From an uncultured Flavobacteriaceae bacterium (GTDB taxonomy: Bacteria > Bacteroidota > Bacteroidia > Flavobacteriales > Flavobacteriaceae): 64,000 nt of DNA. Within the stretch, counting starts at the first letter, position 1; each line of letters opens with the position of its first letter. Positions 17,838 to 26,707 of this stretch are shown in pieces. The stretch spans positions 10,432 through 74,431 of the forward strand of contig CAZPGY010000009.1 in NCBI GenBank assembly GCA_964586655.1, written 5' to 3'. The notes beneath the pieces were generated by a model. The model searched no databases. It saw only the letters and a program-made list of their open reading frames with translations, and was not told the origin of the DNA. Made by a program: the position numbers and the translations under genes.

Positions 17838-19937
17838 CTAATCTTCAGCCCTCAACCATTCCGGATGATTCAGGATGAGTTTGATTTTTCGGATGATGAT
17901 GTCCACCTGGATCATCTGTGCCTCAATCTTCTTAAAGAAAATACTGACATCCCGATCTTTCCAGCTTTCAGAGATAACCCGAGAACCCAGACTAATGCGA
18001 ACAACCCCGCTGGGTGTACCGTCTTTATAAGTGGCTTTAACCGGTTGACCGATGTGACAGGCCTGTTGAGCAATGTGCTTGTCTTCTTCATTAACGGTTT
18101 CCGTCCACCCTGCCAAATTACGGTTGAGCAAACGGTAAAGTCGGGTCAATTCTTCCCGACTCAAAACCTGATCTTCATATTTGACGAAAAAAGGAAAAAT
18201 CGTTCTCCTGTTTTTAATCCGTTGTGGATCGGAATTGCGAATCAGACTGTCGTCATAATCGGGCAAGTGCTCCAGAAAACAGGAATTGTCAATGGCTTGC
18301 CGCACATGATTACAAAACATATCAGACCCTAAATATCGCAAGGAAAGCGGTATTTTGAAATAGCGGTTTATTTCGGTTATGGCTGCATGCCAACGCATAC
18401 TAATCCCCAAATTGATTCCTTCTGTAAGCGCTTCAGCCATGGCCCAATCTTCCGGCCATTCGTGTTTATAGCAGTATTCATTCAGGCCTACAGGTATTTC
18501 TTGGGGCTCGTTTTTCCACTTTTCCTTCAAGGCGGCAGGAATGATTAAGGCTCCACAAAAAGGAGGGCCGGTAAAAAATTTGGAACCGGTAATGGTCATA
18601 ATGCAATTGCGCTTGACATATTCACGAATGTCTGCTTGATCTATGCGCAATTGTGAGTTGTCAATAAGCACCAGAAGATCTTCTTTAAATTCATGTTGAA
18701 GCTTTTTCAAACAGGGATCGCTGGGGGCATTGTAGCCCAGTTTGGATTGATTCATCACATGCAATACCGGTTGTTTATGATCTTTAACACACTGACGGAC
18801 TGCTTCATAAACTTCTCGATCTACGCTATCCGGACTTTTTAGGAGTCCGTTTTTATTGCGCAGTTTGATATTGCGCACCTCCGCTTCTTTAAATCCGGAG
18901 ATTAATTCTCCTTTTTCAACGCTGTTTCCATGGGCGGTTTTTCCTGAAAAATGCTGCCCTTGCAAGGCCAAAGGAACCCCACTTCCGGTTTCGTCAGAAG
19001 CTACAATTATATGAACAATCTTTTTGTCGTAAATAGATTGACAAATTCCGGCCACTTGCAATGAAATATCAGTCCCTGAAGGGGCTAAAATCATAGCGGT
19101 GGAAGCCGGAAGGGATAAGGCCTTCTTTAGCTTCGATTTTATCTTTTTTGAGAAATCTGTTGCTGTGTGAAAGATCTTGCTCTTTAAGGCGGATTTGATC
19201 AGCAATTGACGCTGATTTTCACTTTGATTATAAGCTACGTTTGAAATGGAAGTGGCGGTAGAAGAGGCAAATGTAAAAGCCTTAGGCCGAGGAAAAGGAC
19301 GACATTCATAAACATTTAAGAGCCTTTCTGAATCAACATTGAGTCGCAAATCACCTCCTGACATCAGCAGAGATTCTAAAGGACTGGCGAGTTGTTGTAT
19401 CGCTTTTATCTTGTCAGACGCAATGGCTTTTTTAGGATAGTTTATACGATGAAATTTTTTAAGCTTTTCAAAATTGATTTCCTCCCATTTGTTCAAAGAG
19501 GTTTTTTTATTTCTGAATTGCTCAATAACTTCTCGAATTTCATGAGGAATAAGCTTGATAATATCTCCATCTCGCAGCGGAGTGAGTTTATAAAATTTGG
19601 CCGTTGCATGGCAGGCCGCTAAATCACATATCCGCGAATCGATGGAATGGGAATCTTGATTTTTATACCAAATTTGCCATTCAAATCCGTAACGCAGGCA
19701 CAGCAAGGCAGCAGCAGGATTTTCTAACAGGTTTTTACCCAGGTGTATGGCGTGACCGGGATTGATATAAAAACCGGGTTTTGAAGAGGGTTTTATAAAG
19801 ATTCCGCCTACTTTGGGCAGGGTACTGGATCTACTTAAAATACGGATCAGTTGTTGTTTCTTTTCTCGGTCTTCCGTAGAATTATCACGGGTGATAAATT
19901 CAGCAAAAGACGAGTGAGGCATTATTGTTTCTTCCAT
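17838..19937 (-). CDS. Orphan ~700-aa enzyme; the C-terminal ~500 aa resemble a fold-type I PLP enzyme (class V aminotransferase/NifS/SelA-like), and the N-terminal ~200 aa are unassigned
   Basis: Long clean ORF. The likely start is the ATG at 19937 (MEETIMPHSS). Motifs sit in the NifS/SelA order: LAPSGTDISL, ASDETGSG, LIDNSQLRI and TITGSKFFTGPPFCGALIIP (candidate Schiff-base Lys). The function is not recognisable. Confidence 0.5.
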   Translation of the reverse strand: MEETIMPHSSFAEFITRDNSTEDREKKQQLIRILSRSSTLPKVGGIFIKPSSKPGFYINPGHAIHLGKNLLENPAAALLCLRYGFEWQIWYKNQDSHSIDSRICDLAACHATAKFYKLTPLRDGDIIKLIPHEIREVIEQFRNKKTSLNKWEEINFEKLKKFHRINYPKKAIASDKIKAIQQLASPLESLLMSGGDLRLNVDSERLLNVYECRPFPRPKAFTFASSTATSISNVAYNQSENQRQLLIKSALKSKIFHTATDFSKKIKSKLKKALSLPASTAMILAPSGTDISLQVAGICQSIYDKKIVHIIVASDETGSGVPLALQGQHFSGKTAHGNSVEKGELISGFKEAEVRNIKLRNKNGLLKSPDSVDREVYEAVRQCVKDHKQPVLHVMNQSKLGYNAPSDPCLKKLQHEFKEDLLVLIDNSQLRIDQADIREYVKRNCIMTITGSKFFTGPPFCGALIIPAALKEKWKNEPQEIPVGLNEYCYKHEWPEDWAMAEALTEGINLGISMRWHAAITEINRYFKIPLSLRYLGSDMFCNHVRQAIDNSCFLEHLPDYDDSLIRNSDPQRIKNRRTIFPFFVKYEDQVLSREELTRLYRLLNRNLAGWTETVNEEDKHIAQQACHIGQPVKATYKDGTPSGVVRISLGSRVISESWKDRDVSIFFKKIEAQMIQVDIIIRKIKLILNHPEWLRAED

Positions 19938-20091
19938 CTTGTTCTCACATACTTTATTTTGCAGTAAATATAAGGTTTCAAAATCAAAACCTAATATTTT
20001 CAACTCTTTTCTAACTTTCTTAATAAATTATTCTACAACTCACGGTGATAATGATAAGCACTTCATAAAGATCAAATAGGTTGATAATGAG

Positions 20092-21165
20092 TTATATAGA
20101 ATTTATTACTTCACAAATTTTAAAAACTTCTTCACGACTTAAATCATAATATAAGGGCAAACACAGTATTCTTTGGGCAATATCCTCCGTAATCGGCATA
20201 TGGGTTTCGGGCAGATAGGGAAGGACTTTGGCCAAAGAAGGATAAAAATAACGTCTCGGGAAAATTTGATTTGCTTCCAATGCCGCTTTAATTGTTAACA
20301 AGGCTTCTTCGCTATCCAAGATTATGGGATAATAAGCATAGTTGACGCTGGCGTCAGGGTGCCATTCCGGTTTTCGATGAGATAAGTTCTTTAATTGTTG
20401 ATCATAAGTAAGGCTCAATTCTTTTCGCTTTTGATGAATGACCCCAATATGATTGAGATTGGCCAGTCCCATGGCGGCGTGAAATTCAGAATTCTTACCG
20501 TTAATTCCCAGTTCGGCAAAATTTTCGGGGCCGTTAAACCCAAAATTCCGCATAAAAAATACCTTTTCCCGCAAGGCGTCATTCTTGGTAAAAACTAAGC
20601 CTCCCTCTCCGGAATGATACAACTTGGTGGCATGCAGACTGCAGATGGAGAGGTCGCCATAATTAAAAATAGATTGTCCATTCAACTCAACCCCAAAAGT
20701 GTGAGCCCCATCATAAATTACTTTTAAATTGTGTTTATCGGCTATTTTTTGAATGGCTTCCACTTCACAAGGATTCCCATAGACATGGGTGGCTAATATA
20801 CCGGTGGTTTGAGCTGTGATGGCGGCTTCAATTTTGGCGGGATCTATGTTTAGCGTCTTTTCATCGATATCTACAAAAACGGGCCGACAGCTTTCCCAAA
20901 CGATACTGCTGGTGGTGGCCACAAAAGAAAAAGGAGTGGTAATGACTTCGCCTTTGAGCTGTAAAGCCCGAATGCCCAATTGCAGGGCGATGGTGCCATT
21001 GGTAACAAACAGCGGTTTGGGGCTTTGCAGACGCTTTTGAAGCTTGTCTTCCAATCGCTCTGCCAAGGGACCGCGGTTGGTCAGCCAATTGCTCTCCCAA
21101 ATTTGATCAAGATATTTTTGATATTCCGATTGGGGAGGGAGGAAAGGTTTGGTAATGGGAATCAT
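20092..21165 (-). CDS. DegT/DnrJ/EryC1/StrS-family sugar aminotransferase
   Basis: Start MIPITKPFLPPQSEYQKYLDQIWESNWLTNRGP at the ATG at 21165. PLP-Lys motif SLHATKLYHSGEGG. Confidence 0.85.
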   Translation of the reverse strand: MIPITKPFLPPQSEYQKYLDQIWESNWLTNRGPLAERLEDKLQKRLQSPKPLFVTNGTIALQLGIRALQLKGEVITTPFSFVATTSSIVWESCRPVFVDIDEKTLNIDPAKIEAAITAQTTGILATHVYGNPCEVEAIQKIADKHNLKVIYDGAHTFGVELNGQSIFNYGDLSICSLHATKLYHSGEGGLVFTKNDALREKVFFMRNFGFNGPENFAELGINGKNSEFHAAMGLANLNHIGVIHQKRKELSLTYDQQLKNLSHRKPEWHPDASVNYAYYPIILDSEEALLTIKAALEANQIFPRRYFYPSLAKVLPYLPETHMPITEDIAQRILCLPLYYDLSREEVFKICEVINSI

Positions 21166-21325
21166 AGGCCGTTGTTCCTTTAAAGAAGTTGATAATGGAA
21201 TTAAATATAAACCGAAACCGGTTGCTTTTAGCAATTGATATTTATCTTTATTCAGGGCAAATATATTAGGAATAAATAATTTATAAGAGTTATTTTAATC
21301 TTGATTCTATTTTTGTGACAAACGC

Positions 21326-22768
21326 TTAAGGTTTTTTCTCCCGATAAATAGCAATCACCTCCTGATAAGGAGCAAATTTTGTCAGCCAGGCATAAAGCCA
21401 ATACAAACCAACTCCGAGGACAACGCCTATAAAAATACGGCTCCAGTCGGCCAAACTCTGCAACCAAAAATCAGTGAACCACACTATTCCGCCCACCACA
21501 CTACTCAAAATTAAAATGGGGAAAATATCTTTAAGCTGCTCTTTAACCGGGTAATTGATAAATTTTCCGGAATAATAGCTGTTGATAAAATAAGCAACAA
21601 CGGAGTTAATCGCTAAAAATGTAATCATGGCATAAACCCCCAAAGGGATGCTGATGACAATTCCTATAATTAGAAATACTTTTTTTATAATTTGCAGCTT
21701 TAACACCAAATCGCTCCGTCCCTTTACATTTAGAATATTGATGTTATAGGCATTGAGTGGCATAAAAATTCCTACCACGCAAAGCAGCCTAAAAAACGGA
21801 ACCGCAGGCAACCATTTATCGGTCAATACAAAGCTAAATAAAGGTTCGGCCAAGACGCCGCCCAAAATCAAAAGCGGACACAACCAGAATAAAATTTGTT
21901 GAATAACCATTCGATAACCGCCTTTGAGCTTTTTGTTATCGTCTTGAATGGCCGAAAAAGCCGGGAAAGTCACTCCCGAAACTACGCTGGAAAGTGTTTG
22001 GGTCGGTAGATCGACCAGTTTTTTGGCGTAGTTGTATAATCCGAGCGTTCCCATGGGAAACAGTTTACCAATAAGCGTGGGGTAAATATTTCCAAAGACC
22101 GCTTGTATCATACCGGCAACCATCAAATTTCCGCCAAAAGAAAAAAGTTTTTTGGCTTTGGTCTTATTAAAAGAGGGGAGAGGCTGCCATTTGGAGTAAA
22201 ACCACAATTGCACGGTATAAACCAAGCGCATTACCAGGCGTTGGGCAATGATGCTCCAAACCCCATAACCGAGATAAGCCATTGCAATGGCAACCCCTCC
22301 CGAAATAAGCGTAGAAGGAACGTGAATGACAGTCAGGGTTTTAAACCGCATTTCCTTGGTCAGTTTGGTCTCTTGAACATAAGAAAAGGCATTGATTACA
22401 AAAATGATTCCGAGCACTCGAGCCAGGCCGGTCAAGATAGGCTGATCGTAGAATTGAGCAATCCACGGAGCACCGAAGAATAAAAGTGCGTATAGTAAAA
22501 TGCTGATGGATAGATTGATATAAAACACAGCGGAATAATCCTCTTCATCCGGGTGTTTTTTTTGGATAAGGGCTTGTTTAAATCCGGCAATAGACAAGCA
22601 TTGCGCAATGGCAATGAAAATAGCCAGGGAGGCGATCAAGCCAAAATCTTCCGGTGTAAGAATCCTGGCCAATAGAATGCTAACAACCAAATCAATACCT
22701 TTAGTTCCAATCTTCTGTACGGAAGACCAAAGTACACCGGTAATTGTTTTATCGCGTAGTGAAGACAT
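21326..22768 (-). CDS. wzx: Wzx-type oligosaccharide flippase (MOP superfamily)
   Basis: 480 aa with about 12-14 TM segments. The N-terminal KGIDLVVSILLARILTPEDFGL motif is typical of polysaccharide biosynthesis/flippase proteins. Confidence 0.8.
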   Translation of the reverse strand: MSSLRDKTITGVLWSSVQKIGTKGIDLVVSILLARILTPEDFGLIASLAIFIAIAQCLSIAGFKQALIQKKHPDEEDYSAVFYINLSISILLYALLFFGAPWIAQFYDQPILTGLARVLGIIFVINAFSYVQETKLTKEMRFKTLTVIHVPSTLISGGVAIAMAYLGYGVWSIIAQRLVMRLVYTVQLWFYSKWQPLPSFNKTKAKKLFSFGGNLMVAGMIQAVFGNIYPTLIGKLFPMGTLGLYNYAKKLVDLPTQTLSSVVSGVTFPAFSAIQDDNKKLKGGYRMVIQQILFWLCPLLILGGVLAEPLFSFVLTDKWLPAVPFFRLLCVVGIFMPLNAYNINILNVKGRSDLVLKLQIIKKVFLIIGIVISIPLGVYAMITFLAINSVVAYFINSYYSGKFINYPVKEQLKDIFPILILSSVVGGIVWFTDFWLQSLADWSRIFIGVVLGVGLYWLYAWLTKFAPYQEVIAIYREKKP

Positions 22769-22812
22769 TTATGGGGATATCAAATGCTGGGCAATCGCCA
22801 TATTTAAACGCA

Positions 22813-22820
22813 CAAATTTA
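22813..22820 (-). promoter_or_regulatory. Candidate -7 promoter box (TAAATTTG on the minus strand)
   Basis: TAnnTTTG match 45 nt upstream of the flippase ATG at 22768. Confidence 0.25.
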
Positions 22821-22987
22821 GGCAATTCATACTGTATACCTTTTATTTTTGAATTAATTTCTGTCCGCTTGATGCACAATGTCAGGAAACAGCAGGCTAC
22901 TTGACCGATTTTGTCAAAGGCACAAACTTATCCCGGTTGCCTATTCAAAAACCACCTCGGCTCGTTTGGAGATTATTCGATTAAGCT

Positions 22988-22995
22988 TACCTTTG
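22988..22995 (+). promoter_or_regulatory. Candidate -7 promoter box (TACCTTTG)
   Basis: TAnnTTTG match 23 nt upstream of the mpl ATG. Confidence 0.3.
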
Positions 22996-23017
22996 AAAAC
23001 TCATCAAAAAAAGACTT

Positions 23018-24370
23018 ATGCGTGTCCACTTTATTGCCATCGGTGGTAGTGCTATGCACAATTTGGCCCTGGCTTTACACCAAAAAGGAGAGCAAGTATC
23101 CGGAAGTGATGATACTATTTTTGAACCTTCAAAATCTCGCTTGAAAAAAGCCGGATTACTCCCCGATGAATCGGGGTGGTTTCCTGAAAAAATTACAAGC
23201 AATGTCGATGCCATCATTTTGGGAATGCACGCCAAAAAAGATAATCCCGAACTGTTAAAAGCGCAGGAACTCGGTTTAAAAATATATTCTTATCCCGAAT
23301 TTATCTATGAGCAGAGCAAAGAAAAAACACGCGTAGTTATTGGAGGTTCTCATGGGAAAACCACCATTACTGCTATGATTTTGCACGTTTTGCATTACCA
23401 CGATAAAGCCGTAGATTTCATGGTAGGTGCTCAATTAGAAGGCTTTGACACCATGGTGCACCTGACGCAGGAAAATGATTTTATTCTGTTAGAGGGCGAT
23501 GAATATCTGTCGTCTCCTACAGACCCGCGTCCAAAATTTCATTTGTATCAACCTAATATTGCCCTGCTCAGCGGTATCGCTTGGGACCATATTAATGTGT
23601 TTCCCACTGTTGAAGAATATGTAAAACAGTTTGAAATTTTTGTAGACACCATGACCCACGGCAGTGTATTGGTATATAATGGAGAAGACAAAATCTTGGA
23701 AGGAATTGCCGAAAAAGCAACCAAACCCACCCGAAAACAAGCTTATTTCACCCCTGAATATAAGGTTGAAGACGGCGTGAGTCTGCTGGCCACCCCCGAA
23801 GGGGATATGCCCCTTGAAATTTTTGGACAACACAATTTGAATAATTTGGCGGGTGCCAAATGGATCTGCCAACTCATGGGGGTAGATGAAGCCGATTTTT
23901 ATGAAGCCATAGCCGGTTTTAAAGGAGCTGCAAAGCGTCTGGAAAAAATTGTCGAAAATGAGGATACCGTAATATTTAAAGATTATGCCCACAGTCCTTC
24001 AAAGGTAAAAGCGACCACCCGAGCCGTTAAGCAGCAGTATCCCAATAAAAAATTATGGGCTTGTTTTGAATTGCATACGTATAGCAGCCTAAACGCCGAT
24101 TTTTTACAAGAATATCGAGACACCCTTCAGGCCGCAGATGAAGCCTTGGTGTTTTATTCGCCAGAAGCAGTCAAAATCAAACAATTGGAAGCCATTGAGG
24201 TGGAGCAAATCAAAACCGCTTTTCAACATCAAAATATTAGCGTTTATACCAATGCCGAAGCCTTTAAGGAGAAATTGAAAGCCGTAGATTTACACGATAC
24301 CGTCCTGCTTCTCATGAGCAGTGGTAATTATGGAGGCTTGAATTTCGACGAACTTAAAACTTGGGTATAA
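23018..24370 (+). CDS. mpl: UDP-N-acetylmuramate:L-Ala-D-Glu-meso-DAP ligase (murein peptide ligase)
   Basis: MRVHFIAIGGSAMHNLALALHQKGEQVSGSDD N-terminus, Mur-ligase P-loop GGSHGKTT, 450 aa. Confidence 0.85.
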   Translation: MRVHFIAIGGSAMHNLALALHQKGEQVSGSDDTIFEPSKSRLKKAGLLPDESGWFPEKITSNVDAIILGMHAKKDNPELLKAQELGLKIYSYPEFIYEQSKEKTRVVIGGSHGKTTITAMILHVLHYHDKAVDFMVGAQLEGFDTMVHLTQENDFILLEGDEYLSSPTDPRPKFHLYQPNIALLSGIAWDHINVFPTVEEYVKQFEIFVDTMTHGSVLVYNGEDKILEGIAEKATKPTRKQAYFTPEYKVEDGVSLLATPEGDMPLEIFGQHNLNNLAGAKWICQLMGVDEADFYEAIAGFKGAAKRLEKIVENEDTVIFKDYAHSPSKVKATTRAVKQQYPNKKLWACFELHTYSSLNADFLQEYRDTLQAADEALVFYSPEAVKIKQLEAIEVEQIKTAFQHQNISVYTNAEAFKEKLKAVDLHDTVLLLMSSGNYGGLNFDELKTWV

Positions 24371-24499
24371 GCTACTCCATACTAAATAAAACCGCTCAAA
24401 TACAATTTTTTCTGCTGTTGGAAGGAGGCGATTTTTATTCGAGCACGAGATTTTTACGCTTTTTTTGGGTATCTTTAACAAATCATAAGGCGGTTTATT

Positions 24500-25195
24500 A
24501 TGGGAGACAAGGATTCATTTTCGATAAAATATTGGGCTGAAGGAGATCGGCCGCGGGAAAAACTCATGCGAAAAGGGAAAACTGCCCTGAGTGATGCCGA
24601 GTTGATAGCTATTTTAATTGGCTCCGGAAATCGCGAGGAAAGTGCGGTAGAACTGTCGCGGCGTATTTTAGCGCAGGCCGATAATAAACTCAAAGAACTC
24701 GGTCGGATGTCGGTCAATCGATTGATGAAGTATAAAGGGATAGGCGAAGCCAAAGCCATTTCCATTGTTGCAGCACTGGAGCTCGGTCGCCGTAGAAGGG
24801 GAGAAGAAGCGCTTAAAAGAAGTAAAATTACCTCGAGTAAATCGGTTTTTGAGATATTGCAACCCCTGCTCGGCGATTTGAATCACGAAGAATTTTGGAT
24901 TCTCTATCTCAATAACGCCAATAAAGTGCTCTTAAAAAAACAACTGAGCAAAGGAGGGATTACCGGAACCATTGTCGATGTGCGCATCACCTTTCGCGAG
25001 GCATTGGAAATCGGTGCCACTTCAATTATTCTCGCTCACAATCATCCTTCCGGTACCCTAAAACTCAGTCAACCGGATATCCGACTGACCAAAAAATTAA
25101 AAAATGCAGGGCAAAGTTTAGACATCAAGATACTCGACCATTTAATTATCACGCAAAATGCTTACTTTAGCTTCGCCGATGAAGGCCTTATATAG
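24500..25195 (+). CDS. radC: RadC-family JAB/MPN domain protein
   Basis: HhH region LSDAELIAILIGSG and JAMM motif ILAHNHPSGTLKLSQPD. Confidence 0.85.
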   Translation: MGDKDSFSIKYWAEGDRPREKLMRKGKTALSDAELIAILIGSGNREESAVELSRRILAQADNKLKELGRMSVNRLMKYKGIGEAKAISIVAALELGRRRRGEEALKRSKITSSKSVFEILQPLLGDLNHEEFWILYLNNANKVLLKKQLSKGGITGTIVDVRITFREALEIGATSIILAHNHPSGTLKLSQPDIRLTKKLKNAGQSLDIKILDHLIITQNAYFSFADEGLI

Positions 25196-25378
25196 TACCA
25201 ATTATACATACAAAATAGCCCAATATTTATGCCTGAATTTCAAATCCCTTCGTTAATCCCGCACGTGCGGGACGTCATAGCTATGGCTATGCCTGTCCTT
25301 TTTACCTTGACCTTTAAAAATTATCCTATAAATCTTTAGACTAATTAATAAATATAATTTGGTATAAGACTCCTATAC
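25193..25378 (+). repeat. MITE-like dispersed repeat family R1, copy A
   Basis: Begins TAGTACCAATTAT, where TAG is the radC stop codon. It contains the palindrome CCCGCACGTGCGGG and ends AATTTGGTATAAG. It aligns along its length with 39246-39445. Confidence 0.75.
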
Positions 25379-25396
25379 TTTGAGAAAACAGCATTT

Positions 25397-26707
25397 ATGC
25401 AACAAGAATTTGAACAACACCTGGAGGCTAATTTTCCTTTTCTAACCCATGAAAAATGTTTGATAGCCGTTAGTGGCGGCGTGGATAGTGTGGTTTTGAC
25501 ACATTTGTGCAAAAGTGTAAACCTCGATATTGCTTTGGCTCATTGCAATTTTCAACTAAGAGGAGCGGAAAGTGAAGCGGATGAAAATTTTGTCAGAGAA
25601 CTGGGAGAGCAAATCAAATATCCTGTTTTTGTCAAGCGATTCAATACCCGTCAGGAAGTGGGATCGACAGAAAAATCTATTCAATTGCGGGCTCGTGAAC
25701 AGCGATATGCCTGGTTTGATAAATTGAGTCGACAACACAAGTATCCTTATATTTTGACCGGACATCACTTGAACGACGAGGTAGAAACTTTTCTGATTAA
25801 TTTATTGCGGGGCACGGGATTGTCTGGATTGAGCGGAATTCCGGAGAAAAATAAAAACATCTTACGTCCATTGCTGCCTTTTTCGCGTCGCCAAATAGAA
25901 AACTATGCCCAAAAACATCAGCTGCAATGGCGGGAAGACACCACCAATGCAACTGATGACTATAGACGCAACCGCATTCGTCATCATATTATTCCCTTAC
26001 TCGTCGAGGAAAATCCGGATTTCTTATCCAATTTTTTTAAAACCCAAAAACACCTAAAACAAGCTGAATATTTGTTGGCGGATTATTCGCGTTTCTTGAC
26101 AAAAAAACTGACGCAACGCAAAGCCCATAAAACGTATATCGATATTGAGCAATTAAAGGCTCTTCCGCATACCAAAGGAGTTTTATATCAACTTTTAAAA
26201 GATTACGGCTTTACGGCTTGGGATGATATTTATGCACTGTTGACGGCTCAACCCGGGAAACAAGTGCTGTCAAAACGGTATAGATTGTTGAAGGATCGAG
26301 ATTTTTTGGTGATAAAAGAAAAGGCAGAAAAATCAGAGAAAGAAATCTTGATCAAGTCACCAAATAGTGTTACCAAATTCCCAAAAGGAACTTTGAGATG
26401 TGAAATGGTTCCTAAAATATTGCGCTATAATGATGAGATAACTTATCTTGCAGCAAACAAATTAACCTTCCCTTTGAAGCTTAGAATCTGGCAGCCCGGT
26501 GATGTATTTCAACCTTTAGGAATGAAAGGTCACAAGAAAGTAAGTGACTTTTTAAAGGATGAGAAATTGTCGCTTTTCGAAAAAGAAAACACCTGGGTCT
26601 TGTGTGCCGATGACCAAATTGTCTGGGTAGTAAATCACCGTATAGACGACGCTTATAAAGTAGGGAAGGACTCCACAAATATTTTAAAAATAGAACTTGA
26701 CGTATGA
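25397..26707 (+). CDS. tilS: tRNA(Ile)-lysidine synthetase
   Basis: PP-loop IAVSGGVDSVVL, 436 aa, with a typical TilS C-terminal domain. Confidence 0.9.
   Translation: MQQEFEQHLEANFPFLTHEKCLIAVSGGVDSVVLTHLCKSVNLDIALAHCNFQLRGAESEADENFVRELGEQIKYPVFVKRFNTRQEVGSTEKSIQLRAREQRYAWFDKLSRQHKYPYILTGHHLNDEVETFLINLLRGTGLSGLSGIPEKNKNILRPLLPFSRRQIENYAQKHQLQWREDTTNATDDYRRNRIRHHIIPLLVEENPDFLSNFFKTQKHLKQAEYLLADYSRFLTKKLTQRKAHKTYIDIEQLKALPHTKGVLYQLLKDYGFTAWDDIYALLTAQPGKQVLSKRYRLLKDRDFLVIKEKAEKSEKEILIKSPNSVTKFPKGTLRCEMVPKILRYNDEITYLAANKLTFPLKLRIWQPGDVFQPLGMKGHKKVSDFLKDEKLSLFEKENTWVLCADDQIVWVVNHRIDDAYKVGKDSTNILKIELDV

Noticed and set aside
19938-20003. N-terminal extension MKILGFDFETLYLLQNKVCENK on the 700-aa ORF.
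   Set aside because: The extension is made of the conserved upstream motif also found before the ATP-grasp gene. The ATG at 19937 (MEETIMPH...) is the more plausible start.
21252-21467. A 71-aa ORF overlapping the 3' end of the flippase gene.
   Set aside because: It is in an alternative frame of a well-supported membrane protein gene and extends into the intergenic region. It has no supporting features.
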